In this document: in pieces, positions 11,724 through 24,763 of the stretch
Position numbering within the stretch: position 1 is the first letter of the stretch
Layout: each line of letters starts with the position of its first letter
Assembly (NCBI RefSeq): GCF_006345805.1
Contig: NC_043001.1
Location: 82,894,001-82,958,000, forward strand
Direction of reading: 5' to 3'
Length of the DNA stretch: 64,000 bases
Source: Octopus sinensis
Taxonomy: Eukaryota
Translations under genes and position numbers: made by a program
Notes under the pieces: generated by a model
Seen by the model: the letters and a program-made list of their open reading frames with translations, nothing else
Databases searched by the model: none
What the model was told of the DNA's origin: nothing

Positions 11724-12382
11724 CATATACATACATATATACAAACATAAATGCCTACATACATAAATACATATATACATATATAAATACATACATATAT
11801 ATGAACTTATGTATAGAATAATGTAAATATATTATAATTGTGTCCGTTCATTCATGCGTGTCGATACACTCATAGAACTACCTAAGAAGCATTTTGTATA
11901 CATACGTGTATATATTTGTGCATAGGTGATAGACAGGTGATACATAATGTACACGCCCATATACATCCGTTCATTATTCATAGATACAACCTAATTATAA
12001 ATTTAACGCCAGGCCTCTCCCCCCCCCACACATATACACACATCTCTCTCTCTTTTCATTTTCCTTTCTTCTTTTTCCCCTAATCGTTTCTATCCCCTCC
12101 TTTTAACCTTTCTTTAACCTCTCACGTCTTTATTTTTTTGTCTTGATAATTTCTCATCATATTGTTTCTAAATTATGTCCATCATCATCATCATCATCGT
12201 CATCATCATCATCATTACCATCATCATCGTCGTCGTCGTCGTCGTTTTCGTCGTCTTCGTCATCATCATCATCATCATCATCATCATGATCGACACTAGC
12301 ATCATCGTCATGGTGTTCAGCATCGTCTCTATCAACAGCATAATGCTGATGACTATCATCGTCGTCGTTGTTGTCGTCGTCG

Positions 12383-12413
<31 letters not shown>

Positions 12414-13361
12414 TGTCATCATCATAGTCATTGTCATCATCATAGTCATCGTGATCATCACTGTCGTCGCTACTTCCCCGCCACTCACCACTACGATCAC
12501 CACCCCTCCAAAACCATCACCACCACCCATATCACCACCACCACCACCACCATCCAGCAACACCATTCTTGCTTCATCTTCCACCTCTCACTTTCCCTTC
12601 TTCCACCCCCGCACCCTCTCCTCTCACTTTCCGTCATTCGTGCCACTTGGCTGCATTCGATCAGTTTTAGTTAGAGAAACGGCGGTCACGCTCGATGGAT
12701 TTGATCGTCCCTCGTCTAATGAAGCATGTCGGTTGCATCAAATCACTTGTTGACTCGGTTAGATTGCAAGCCTTCCGCCATGCATCGTTGCACAGCTACA
12801 ATAACAACAACGACGACAACAACATCAACAAGAATAAATATCAGAAGCAGCAGCAATACTAGTGATGGTAGTGGTGGTGGTGGGGGTAGTGGTAGTGGGG
12901 GTGGTGGTAGTGGTAGTGGTGGTGGTGGTGGTCGTCGTCGTCGTGTCGTGGTAGTAGTAGTAGTTGTAGTAGTAGTAGTGGTAGTGGTGGTGGTGGTAGT
13001 AATAGTAGTAGTGTTAGTGTTAGTAGTAGTAGGTGGTGGTGATAGTAGTTGTGGTGGTGGTAAAAATGTTAGTGGCAGCAGTGATGGTGGTTGTGCTGGT
13101 TCAGTTAATAGTAGTAGTAGTAGTAGTAGTGGTAGTAGTAGTAACGATGACATGACCCGGTTCAACAAAGACAGTATCAAGTCCTTCAGTTCTCAGCCGT
13201 GTCATAACTGGCACCGCAGAAACGGTTGCGCCTTGTGCCTTCACCAACGAGATCAAATCGCGCCTGGGTCGACTTTGCCTTTCATTTTTTAAGCGGTTCA
13301 TAAAATGGGTACTAGCTGGCTGGCACTAGGGTTGGTATAGGCGCGGTTGGTAAGGGGTTGA

Positions 13362-14060
13362 TAAGGGCGGCGAGCTGGCAGAAACGTTAGCACGCTGGGC
13401 GAAATGCTTAGCGGTATTTCGTCTGCTGTTACGTACTGCGTTCAAATTTCGCCGAAGTCGACTTTACCTTTCATCCTTTCGGGGTCGATAAATTAAGTAC
13501 CAGTTGCGCACTGGAGTCGATGTCATCGACTTAATCCGTTTGTCTGTCCTTGTTTGTCCCCTTCTATGTTCAGCTCCTTGTGGGCAGTAAAGAAATAACT
13601 AGGGGTTGGTGTAATCGTCTACACCCACCCTTCTCGCCCAAATTTCAGGCCTTGTGCTAAGAGTAGAAAGAATTATAATTTATTATTATTATTAAGGAGG
13701 CAATCTGGTAGAGTCGTTAGCATGCTGGACGAAATGCTTGTGGAGTTTCGACCGTCGCTCCGTTCTGAGTTCGAAATCCACCAAGGTCGACTTTGCCATC
13801 CATTCTTTCGGAGTCGATAAATTAAGTACTAGTTGCGTACTGGAGTCGATCTAATCGACAGGCCTCCTCCCCCCAAATTTCAGGCTTTGTTGCTATAGTA
13901 CAAATGATTATTAAGGCCGCAAGCTGGCAGAATCATTAGAAAATCAGACAAATTGCTTTTCATGATTTTGGGGTCGATAAAATAAGTCCCAGTTGAGTAC
14001 TGGGGTTGATGTAATCGACTAGCCGTCTCTCTTCAAATTTCAAGCCTTATGCCTGTAGCA
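13362..14060 (+). mobile_element. Cluster of three tandem family-B SINE copies
   Basis: Heads at ~13362 (aagggcggcgagctggcagaaacgttagc), ~13693 and ~13912, each followed by the gcctttcatcctttcggggtcgataaa core. Confidence 0.85.
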
Positions 14061-14171
14061 GAAAGTTCCATTATTATTATTGAGTGAGAGAGCAATACAT
14101 GCCATGAAAGTGATACTGAGATACAAATATACGAAGCCTATTATACCCAGCATGGCAACCTGTCTGATAAG

Positions 14172-14536
14172 GATGTATCAATAGCAGCAGAGGACAACGT
14201 GTCTCCAAAAGAAATGGAGAAACTTTCAAAATACAAAGACCTGTAAATAGAGGTAACCAGAATGTGGAATCTAAAAACAGAAACAATTCCTATCATAGTA
14301 GATGCATTAGGCATGATAAAAAAATATTCAGACAAATACATAACAAAAACACCAGGACTTACAAACACATATAACATACAGAAAATTGCACTACTAGACA
14401 CTGCACACATCCTACGCAGAACACTTTCCATACAATAACCATCAGAGCATCACAACAAATCACAGCACATACCCAAGGCACACAGAGCTGCGCTCGGTAG
14501 TGAAGTGAAAGCACGATATAAAAATAAAACTACTGA
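14172..14536 (+). mobile_element. R4/Dong-like RLE LINE 3' fragment, fused at its 5' end to the 550-bp repeat
   Basis: DVSIAAEDNVSPKEMEKLSKYKDL*IEVTRMWNLKTETIPIIV...IQKIALLDTAHILRRTLSIQ, then 3' UTR and (TAA)n. Confidence 0.85.
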
Positions 14537-14550
14537 ATAATAATAATAAT

Positions 14551-14670
14551 GTTGTAGTATTTGGGGATGGTCATGTTGCCAGTTTAGCCAATAAGAATAT
14601 CCCCAAATACAACAATATGTTTCAACACACGAATTCACATCAAGAATCTTGCAAAACGAATATATAAACG
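14551..14670. repeat. Fold-back copy of the 7310-7466 repeat family
   Basis: Forward segment gttgtagtatttggggatggtcatgttgccagtttagccaataa followed by the inverted segment tccccaaatacaacaat...gaatatataaacg. Confidence 0.8.
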
Positions 14671-14695
14671 TAATAATAATAATAATAATAACAAT

Positions 14696-14743
<48 letters not shown>

Positions 14744-14753
14744 AAGAAGTAGT

Positions 14754-14785
<32 letters not shown>

Positions 14786-14956
14786 AAGTATGTGTGGGTG
14801 TACGTGTTTGTATATTCATTTCATTTCAAGTCGCAATTGTTGAATCTATGTGGGGGTCCCCCCTTTGCTATTCTGCGCTTCATAGTTCGTATTATGTATA
14901 GTATTTATATATAGAGTTTAATGTGGCCTACTGCACTAAATAACTGAATAAATATT

Positions 14957-15002
<46 letters not shown>

Positions 15003-15299
15003 ACAAAGCACAGTTCAACAAGGAAATATAACAAAAATAAATTATATAAAACAAAGATTCAACCAAAATAGATTCAGCTTTTTTTGATCTATGGCCGAGT
15101 GAAACTGGCAGGTGATATGTTGTTTAATCGTTAACACGGTTGTCTGGCAAGCAATCGGTACGTGGTTCGTATCCCGTAGGCTTCTGGGCACACCCATACA
15201 CGAACGTGTACATGCAAACACACACACACACATACGCGCACACATGCACACACACACACACATGAATACATATTTATATATAAGATGTAAATATATACA

Positions 15300-15681
15300 T
15301 ACTAGCAGTATCGCCCGGCGTTGCTCAGGTTTGTAAGGGAAATAACTATAAAGCATTTTGAGAGAGTTATAGCCAAAAAATAGCAAAAAAATGGAAAAAA
15401 ATGATGGTAAATTTTTTTTAGAGTAAAAAAAGGTGGAGTTGCGTCCCCTAGACAGTTTGCGGTTTGTGTTTCTGATTCTCGACCCCATGACGAATTTATC
15501 GATTTTTTTCAGAACTGGGGGAACTTTTCAAAATTTTCGCTGCGTTAGTTTTGAATTATGACATTGGGCTATGTGTGTGTCAAGTTTCATCAGAATCGGT
15601 TGAAAGCCGTGGTCAGGGTGAGGGTACAAGCAAACAGACACACAGAAACACGCACAGACAAACTGCCGTTTATATATAGAT
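15300..15681 (+). mobile_element. Non-autonomous Helitron/Helentron-like element
   Basis: Starts T|ACTAGCAG with subterminal cccggcgttgctcagg hairpin, internal aagtttcatcagaatcgg, (acag)-rich segment, ends ...ccgtttatatatagat within (TA)n; architecture resembles Lep1/DINE-1-type elements. Confidence 0.6.
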
Positions 15682-15685
15682 ATAT

Positions 15686-15744
<59 letters not shown>

Positions 15745-15933
15745 ATATATATAAACAGCTACATATATGCATACGAATATATATATATATATATATATAT
15801 AGGTATGTATGAATATATGCATGCATATATGTATGCATGTGTGTATGTATGTATACATGTATAAAATCACCGTTAGTGCATTTGAGAGAGAAAGCAAGAG
15901 ATTGAGAGAGAGAATTTTAAGGTAATAATAATA

Positions 15934-15978
<45 letters not shown>

Positions 15979-15984
15979 TTATTA

Positions 15985-16575
15985 TTCAGTAGTTTTATTT
16001 TTATAGCGTGCTTTCACTTCACTACCGAGCGCAGCTCTGTGTGCCTTGGGTATGTGCTGTGATTTGTTGTGATGCTCTGATGATTATTGTATGGAAAGTG
16101 TTCTGCGTAGGATGTGTGCAGTGCCTAGTAGTGCAATTTTCTGTATGTTATATGTGTTTGTAAGTCCTGGTGTTTTTGTTATGTATTTGTCTGAATATTT
16201 TTTTATCATGCCTAATGCACCAACTATGATAGGAATTGTTTCTGTTTTTAGATTCCACATTCTGGTTACCTCTATTTCCTCTTTGTATTTTGAGAGTTTC
16301 TCCATTTCTTTTAGAGACACGTTGTCATCAGCCGGTATTGATACATCAATTAGAAAGCATTTTTTTTCTTCTTGATCTCTGACAACTATATCTGGTCTGT
16401 TGGCCTTAATTTCTCTATCTGTGTGTATCGGCATATCCCAGAGTATGGTTGCTTTCTCGTTTTCTGTGACCTTTTCTGGTGTGTGCCTACACCATCTTTT
16501 TTCTGTTGTTATTCCATTATGTTGGTATAGCTTCCAATGTATGTAGGTTCCAACTCTGTCATGTCTGTGAATGTA
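15985..16575 (-). mobile_element. R4/Dong-like RLE LINE 3' fragment, copy 1 of a tandem pair
   Basis: Minus frame HDRVGTYIHWKLYQHNG...ATILWDMPIHTDREIKANRPDIVVRD...CFLIDVSIP...KLSKY is the PD-(D/E)xK restriction-like endonuclease region; flanked by (TAA)n. Confidence 0.9.
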
Positions 16576-16701
16576 TTAATAATATAATAATAATAATAGA
16601 ATAACAATAATAATATTAATAATAATAATATAATAATAATAATAATAATAATAAATAATAATAATAATAATAATAATATAATAATATAATAATAATTATT
16701 A

Positions 16702-17292
16702 TTCAGTAGTTTTATTTTTATAGCGTGCTTTCACTTCACTACCGAGCGCAGCTCTGTGTGCCTTGGGTATGTGCTGTGATTTGTTGTGATGCTCTGATGA
16801 TTATTGTATGGAAAGTGTTCTGCGTAGGATGTGTGCAGTGCCTAGTAGTGCAATTTTCTGTATGTTATATGTGTTTGTAAGTCCTGGTGTTTTTGTTATG
16901 TATTTGTCTGAATATTTTTTTATCATGCCTAATGCACCAACTATGATAGGAATTGTTTCTGTTTTTAGATTCCACATTCTGGTTACCTCTATTTCCTCTT
17001 TGTATTTTGAGAGTTTCTCCATTTCTTTTAGAGACACGTTGTCATCAGCCGGTATTGATACATCAATTAGAAAGCATTTTTTTTCTTCTTGATCTCTGAC
17101 AACTATATCTGGTCTGTTGGCCTTAATTTCTCTATCTGTGTGTATCGGCATATCCCAGAGTATGGTTGCTTTCTCGTTTTCTGTGACCTTTTCTGGTGTG
17201 TGCCTACACCATCTTTTTTCTGTTGTTATTCCATTATGTTGGTATAGCTTCCAATGTATGTAGGTTCCAACTCTGTCATGTCTGTGAATGTA
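16702..17292 (-). mobile_element. R4/Dong-like RLE LINE 3' fragment, copy 2 (717-bp offset)
   Basis: Same ends and identical ORF translation (16801-17151 equals 16084-16434). Confidence 0.9.
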
Positions 17293-17303
17293 TTAATAAT
17301 ATA

Positions 17304-17341
<38 letters not shown>

Positions 17342-17397
17342 TAATAATAATAATAATAATAATATAATAATAATAATATAATATAATAATAATAATA

Positions 17398-17442
<45 letters not shown>

Positions 17443-17492
17443 ATTATTATTATTATTATTGTTGTTGTTGTTATTATTATTATTATTATTAT

Positions 17493-18025
17493 AAATTCCC
17501 TGATGCAGTACCAGGCAGTGGCTCTCGTGGCTTCTAATCTTAACTGCTTGGAAGTGTTATCACGTACATGTTTTGTCTTGGTATAAAAGATGGACTGCAG
17601 GAAATATTCTGCTCAGTACCACAGATTTGCTTTCCAGTTGTTTGACCTTCACCAGTTGAGCATGTCCCTTAGTGGCTGACGATATATGCATCTCTGATCA
17701 TGAACAGAAGTAGTGGGGGAGCATCATAGCCATTTGTTGAGAGGGATTCTTTCAGTTTTGAATAATTCACTTCTGGAAAGAAGGGTGTTTCGTTCAACAA
17801 CCTTAAACAACCCTTATTCAGGAATCTTTTGAGTGGGATTGTACTGCGACCCATCTGCTGGGTCATACGCTATTTATATTGATATGAGATCACCATGTCG
17901 CGCACATACGGTTGTGATGCATGTGCCTAGTGTACACATATGAGACGGGTAGTCATGATGGGTATACTGGGCTTCGTATATTTTACCCCAGTGTCACTTT
18001 GATGGCATGCTCTGCTCGCTCACTC
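17493..18025 (+). mobile_element. ~550-bp TAA-associated interspersed repeat, second full copy
   Basis: Reverse complement of 1969-2525 with a small internal deletion; followed by (AAT)n. Confidence 0.85.
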
Positions 18026-18071
<46 letters not shown>

Positions 18072-18083
18072 GCAACAACAGCA

Positions 18084-18140
<57 letters not shown>

Positions 18141-18289
18141 GCCGCCGCTACTGCTGCTGTCACTGCTATAACAACAAAAATAACCATACCAAATCTTTCT
18201 TTTATATTTTAAAGAGGAGCAATGCAAACGGATAACGTTTAAATAGGAAATACAATTATTTGGGGATATAATTAAAATCATTGTAATCA

Positions 18290-18336
<47 letters not shown>

Positions 18337-18417
18337 TATTATTATATATTATTATATATTATTATTATTATTATATTATTATTATTATCATTATTATTGT
18401 TATTGTTATTATTATTA

Positions 18418-18449
<32 letters not shown>

Positions 18450-18457
18450 TATTGTTG

Positions 18458-18534
<77 letters not shown>

Positions 18535-18914
18535 TATATTATTATTAATTATGTTTATCCTGCTGCTGCTGTCGTTGCTGGTTTTAAATGGAGTGTAAAT
18601 CACATGTAGAATAATCGACACACCAAAAGTAAACGGATGCAAGAATAAACGATTGGTTTCGTGCGGAACACCTCACTAACTGGCACTGTGACAGGTATTA
18701 CTCTGCTTGTAGGAGAACAATGATGGAAATTGGCCGACAGGAAGTAACAAAATGGTGTTCGTATTGGATGGGGATTTGTACATGCCATAAAATTATTCAA
18801 AGTGACGTCAACAACAGCAAATTTCAATAGCAAAGAAACCCCCCCACCAAAAAAAAAAAAATGAAAATCTATTATCACAGGTGCAGGAGTGGCTGTGTGG
18901 TGGGAAGAAATTAA

Positions 18915-20013
18915 CAAAAGCTTGGGTCCGTGGGCTGCCACCCGGAATAGAAAACCGAGTGGATAGAAGATACTATTCGCCGGGGTTTGGGTGGCAGCGG
19001 AGACAAGCTCATCAATGTTAAAGTGTTGCCTGCGGCTGATTGAGTGGGTTTGACCCTGTGGACCCAATCAACCAAATGGTTTCTCCAGATTTTTTGAGGA
19101 TGGTCGGTTCTAGGTATCCGTTGATTCTTGAGGGATGCCCCCCTCCAAGTGTCACCTGAGCCTGGAACCGGGACACATTAAGAAAAACTGCCCCCATGAC
19201 CAAGATAAGGTCTCGGAGCAGTTAATAGAAGCAGTACCCCCTCCTCCATCGGAGGGAGAGATGGAAGTTTGTAGAGGGTTGAAGACCTTCTCGAAAAAAG
19301 GTAAAAAAAAAGAAGGTAGGCAACAATGGTTGCCTGCCAATGGATTCTGAAGCGGCGGGAGGGAAGGAAGATCTTCTGGACAAAACGAAAGAATTCCACT
19401 CTACCGTCATAAAAGAGAAAAAAAGAAAGAAGAAAAACGGGGCATTGCCGGCGGTTGCTAGTACACTGCCGGCATGTCCTGAGGCCCCTTCGGTGAGAAT
19501 TGTGCTACCAGAGGGGAGATTTGAGGAGTCTCCCTATATGGAGGAGGAATTTCTAGTCTTGTGCCACAAGGGAGGGAAATGCAAAAACTGATTAAAAAAG
19601 TTTAATAAAGAAGGTCGATGGGAAGGAATTAATACCTGCATCAAGAACTCTGATTGGCCTCTGCAGGTAGCTGCAGAGGTCGTGTGGGGAAAAAACTTGT
19701 TTGAGGTAATAAAGTCCTTCCCTGAGGACACATTTCGCTTTTTGCTGAAAAGTCCCGACCTAGCACCATCGAGGTGCTTGAGTGTGGCATTGAGCCTGGT
19801 CGGGTGACGGCGGGGCGGAAAAATTAAGAGGCTTAGTGCCTCGTATTGTGTATTTTCATTAGAGTAAGAGGTCTAATGCCTCAGTCTGTTGTTTTGTTTT
19901 GTGTTTTGAGTTTATTGTTTGTAAGAGGCTCAGAGCCTCAATTGAGAATGAACTACAGAACTGAAGTAAGAGGTTTAATATCTCGTATAGTTTTTACTAT
20001 GTAAAAAAAAAAA
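18915..20013 (+). mobile_element. L1/Tx1-type ORF1-only retroelement (HAL1-like), decayed
   Basis: Frameshifted ORF: WVRGLPPGIE/TEWIEDTIRRGL...YPLILEG..PSKCHLSLEPGHIKKNCP (degenerate CCHC knuckle)...LIKKFNKEGRWEG...SLVG* (stop ~19806), then T-rich 3' UTR and poly(A) at 20003-20013; no ORF2. Confidence 0.65.
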
Positions 20014-20164
20014 GAATTCTGTTTTAGAGAAGCAAAAAATCGGCGGGCGTTTTATGTCTTCTCCCAACAATATCATCCCTTTTCATCATTCATCTCATCA
20101 ATGTTTTTGTCCAGTCCGCAAGCTACTCTGTGTTATGCCTTTATGACAAAATTTTGAAATTAAG

Positions 20165-20420
20165 TAGCTTGCTAATCAACCACATGGTTCAGGCCTCAGT
20201 CCCATTGCGTGGTAACTTGGACAAGTGTCTTCTACTATAGCCTCGGGCCGACTAAAGACTTGTGGATGGATTTACTGGTGTGTTTACGTCGCTGTAACTT
20301 AGCGGTTCGACATACTTATATTATACCGATAGTATAAGTACTGGGATCGATGTGTTCGACTAAAGGCGTTGCTCCAATATGGCCGCAGTCAAATGACTGA
20401 AACAAATAAAAGAATAAAAC
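20165..20420 (+). mobile_element. SINE family A with internal deletion
   Basis: agtagcttgctaatcaaccacatggttcaggcctcagtccc...gactaaaggcgttgctccaatatggccgcagtcaaatgactgaaac. Confidence 0.85.
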
Positions 20421-20443
20421 AGTACTACGACAACAACAGGCAA

Positions 20444-20574
<131 letters not shown>

Positions 20575-21144
20575 TTGGGACCTACATACACTGGAAGCTA
20601 TGGCAACACTATGGAAGAACAACAGAAAAAAGATGGTATAAGCACGCGCCAGAAAAGGTCACAGAAAATGAGAAAGCAACCACACTATGGGAAATGCTAA
20701 TACACACAGATAGAGAAATTAAGGTCAATAGGCCCGATATAGTTGTCAGAGATGATAAAGAAAAAAAAAGCTTCCTAATTGATGTATCAATACCAGCAGA
20801 TGACAGCGTTTCTCTAAAAGAAATGGAGAAACTTTCAAAATACAAAAACCTGGAAATAGAGGTAACTCGAATGTGTAGTCTAAAAACAGAAACAATTCCT
20901 ATCATGGTGGGCGCATTAGGTATGATGAAAAATATTCAGACAAATACATAACAAAACACCAGGACTAACAAGTATATATAACATACAGAAAATAGCACTA
21001 CTACGCACTGCACACATCCTACGCAAAACACTTTCAATACAGTAACCATAAGAGCATCACAGCAGACCACAACACATTCCCAAGGCATACAGAGCTGCGC
21101 TCGGTAGTGCAGTGAAAGAGCGTTATAAAATTAAGACTACTGAA
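20575..21144 (+). mobile_element. R4/Dong-like RLE LINE 3' fragment
   Basis: TYIHWKLWQHYGRTTEKRWYKHAPEKVTENEKATTLWEMLIHTDREIKVNRPDIVVRD...KYKNLEIEVTRM; (TAA)n on both sides. Confidence 0.9.
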
Positions 21145-21152
21145 TAATGATG

Positions 21153-21186
<34 letters not shown>

Positions 21187-21245
21187 CAACAACAATAATA
21201 TTAAAAATGATAATGATAATAATAATAATAATGATAATAATAATA

Positions 21246-21292
<47 letters not shown>

Positions 21293-21312
21293 TGATGATG
21301 ATGAGGATGATC

Positions 21313-21344
<32 letters not shown>

Positions 21345-21519
21345 AAAATAATAATGATAATAATAATAATAATGATGATGATGATGATAATCATGATAAA
21401 ATAAAAATAATAATAATAATAATAATAATAACGATAATGATGGTGATGATAATAATAATAATAATAACAATAATAATAATAATAACAACAACAATAACAA
21501 CAACAACAACAATAATAAA

Positions 21520-21597
<78 letters not shown>

Positions 21598-21954
21598 TTC
21601 TTAACAATGAATGCTACAAGGAAATAACGAAGCTAATGATAATGATATTGAGTAACAGTGTTCTCATATGCCCCATTAAAGACAAAGGTACTTAGAGAAT
21701 TCAACGGTCATTTGTTTACATTGGTCGAAAGTCTGACGCCGCTGTCTAAAAAGTAAAAACCGTTTAAGTTTATCTTAATACAAATTTGAAAAGGATTATT
21801 TTTACAGTGCAGTACAATGCATTCGAAATCGAATACTAATAAATATATAAATACAAACTTAAGTTTTTATTAAACAATCGTTTGTCGGTACACAACCCAC
21901 AACCCACACACCACAAACCCGCATAAATACACACAAGTACACCTAGATACACAC

Positions 21955-22360
21955 TCATACATACATACATACATACATACATACATACATACATACATAC
22001 ATACATACATTCATACATACATACATCCATCCATCCATCCATCCATACACACATACATACATACATACATACATTCATACATACATACATTCATACATAC
22101 ATTCATACATATATACATACATACATACATTCATACATACATACATACATTCATACATACATACATACATTCATACATACATACACACATACAAGCATAC
22201 ATACATACATACATGCATACATCCATACATCCATCCATCCATCAATCCATCCATACACACACACACATACATACATACATACATACATACATACATACAT
22301 ACATACATACATACATACATACATACATACATACATACGTACATACATACATACATACGT
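21955..22360. repeat. (CATA)n/(CATC)n microsatellite
   Basis: Directly visible. Confidence 0.95.
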
Positions 22361-22603
22361 ATACTCATGAGTGGGTGTTATATTGTTAGACAAAGGGAAA
22401 CGTGTTCATATCAGGAGTACTTATCTGAAAGACAGTAAGAGCATTCGATCACTCGTATTCTTATTTGTGTTGTTTGGGTACTTTTTGTTTGGTAGCACGT
22501 TTCTGCTTCTTTTGTTTCAGTAATGTAAACATTTGTTCGACATTTAACAGTATATTAAATTCATTCGCAAATACGCACGCGCGCACACACACACGCACAC
22601 ATG

Positions 22604-22644
<41 letters not shown>

Positions 22645-22694
22645 ATATGAACGTACGTGTGTGTTTATATACCGTATACATATGTGCGCATGTA

Positions 22695-22747
<53 letters not shown>

Positions 22748-23550
22748 CATCGTCGACGATGAGGACGAAGATCCCAACACCGCGGTCACCGCGGCCACCG
22801 TAGCCACCGCGCCCATCACGGCCACAGCCTTCGACTACGACGACGACAATGGCGATTATGCCGATGATTATGATGACGATGACAATGATAATGATGACGA
22901 TGATGATGATGATGATGATGATTATGATGATGATGATCATGATGATGAAGATGATTATGATGACGACGATTATGATGATCACAATGATAACGACGATGGT
23001 GATGACGAACTATGAATATGATGAGAACAGCGATGACGATGACGCTATCCCCCCTGCTGCTGCTGCTCCCACTTGCCGCCCTCACTGCACGCCCCCGCCG
23101 CCGCCTTATACAGCTACAGCCATCGGCTCCACCGCTACTGGCTCCGCCGGTACAGGTTCCACGACCACCTACGCCACCGACCCCACCACCACCACCATGG
23201 CGATTATGATGCTAATAATGAGGATGATAATGATGAAAATGATAATGACAATGATGATCACGACCGACAATGGAACCAACGAAAATTCTTATTGAATTTG
23301 TGAAGCAAGTTTGTGCCGAGCCCACCCTGTTCTTCTTCCTCCAAATTCTGTAACCTGAAATAACGCAGTGTACCCCATACCAGACCAAGCAAGAACGCCT
23401 GCCAGAGAAGGTAAGGACGCTCTATGTCAACACAATGGGATGTATCATCAAGCCACCTGTTCACCCGTGGCAACTCGTGTTTCGATGATGCGTCATGCTA
23501 CGGTGACGCCTGCCGATGCGTGCACGTGTGTGCGTATATTTACTGACACA

Positions 23551-23601
<51 letters not shown>

Positions 23602-23653
23602 GCAACGGACAAACACGCACAGAGACAAAACACAACACGCAGAGGCAAAACAC

Positions 23654-23691
<38 letters not shown>

Positions 23692-23839
23692 GCACCAACA
23701 CAGACATATTTTTATAGCAGAAAGTTTCGTGACTCAAGGACCAAGAAGTCTGCGTGGAAATCATGAAACGTATACGTATGTGTGAGCTTGCATCTGTATA
23801 TATGCATGTAATAAACACATACATACATACATACATACA

Positions 23840-23875
<36 letters not shown>

Positions 23876-23932
23876 TACATATATACATGCGTATGCGTAC
23901 ATACATATATACGTCTATACATGTGCATATGT

Positions 23933-24162
23933 GAGGCGGCGAGCTGGCAGAAACGTTAGCGCGCCGGGCGAAATGCTTAGCGGTATTTCGTCTGTCGTTA
24001 CGTTCTGAGTTCAAATTCCGCCGAAGTCGACTTTGCCTTTCATCCTTTCGGGGTCGATAAATAAAGTAACAGTTTCGCATTGGGGTCGATGTAATCGAAT
24101 TAATCCGTTTGTCTGTCCTTGTTTGTCCCCTCTATGTTTAGCCCCTTGTGGGTAGTAAAGAA
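23933..24162 (+). mobile_element. SINE family B, well-preserved copy
   Basis: gaggcggcgagctggcagaaacgttagc...gttctgagttcaaattccgcc (B-box)...gtttagccccttgtgggtagtaaagaaa tail. Confidence 0.9.
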
Positions 24163-24726
24163 ACATACATGTGCATATGTGGGCACAGGACGTCACAAAA
24201 CATGACAAAAAATACGAAATACGAGGACATGGAATAAGGACATTTTTGCAAGCAACGAAAGAAACAAATGGAAAACAAGACAAGCAACACAAAGAACGAC
24301 CCTTCACCAGTTGTGGGCTGTTTTTCTAATCCGTATTTCGTGCAATTCACGACACGATACGCCTTCAATAAAGCAGTTACTCCTGCAAAGCAAATTAAAT
24401 AAAATTTACGATCTTGCGGAGGGTCAAGATTGGTGATAAAAACAGGACAGTGAAAACAGACAGGAAAGGCTGATAAGCCTAAACGAGGTTGTGGTGGCGG
24501 ACACAAAGAAACAAGTCTGAACAGGAAGCAGAGAACAATATGTCTTCTCTGTCCAGCTGAAACAGGAAGAAAGAAAGAAACACAGGTTAGGAGAATGGCC
24601 CATATATATATATATATATATATAATTAAAAGAAAAAATAGAAAAAGACAACAAAAAACAACAACAACACGGGGACGTTGCTCATGCAAAGTCTTAATAA
24701 GACGCTCAAAGAAGGAAAAGAGTGGT

Positions 24727-24763
24727 TGTTTTACGTTTCGAGCATAGCTCTTCTTCGGAAACA
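24727..24763 (-). ncRNA. Minimal type-I hammerhead-like motif, second family (U4C core variant)
   Basis: Minus strand TGTTT-CCGAAGA-A-GAGC tat GCTC-GAAAC-GT-A-AAACA: stem I 5 bp, stem II 4 bp, palindromic ACGT stem III, GUA triplet. Confidence 0.55.
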
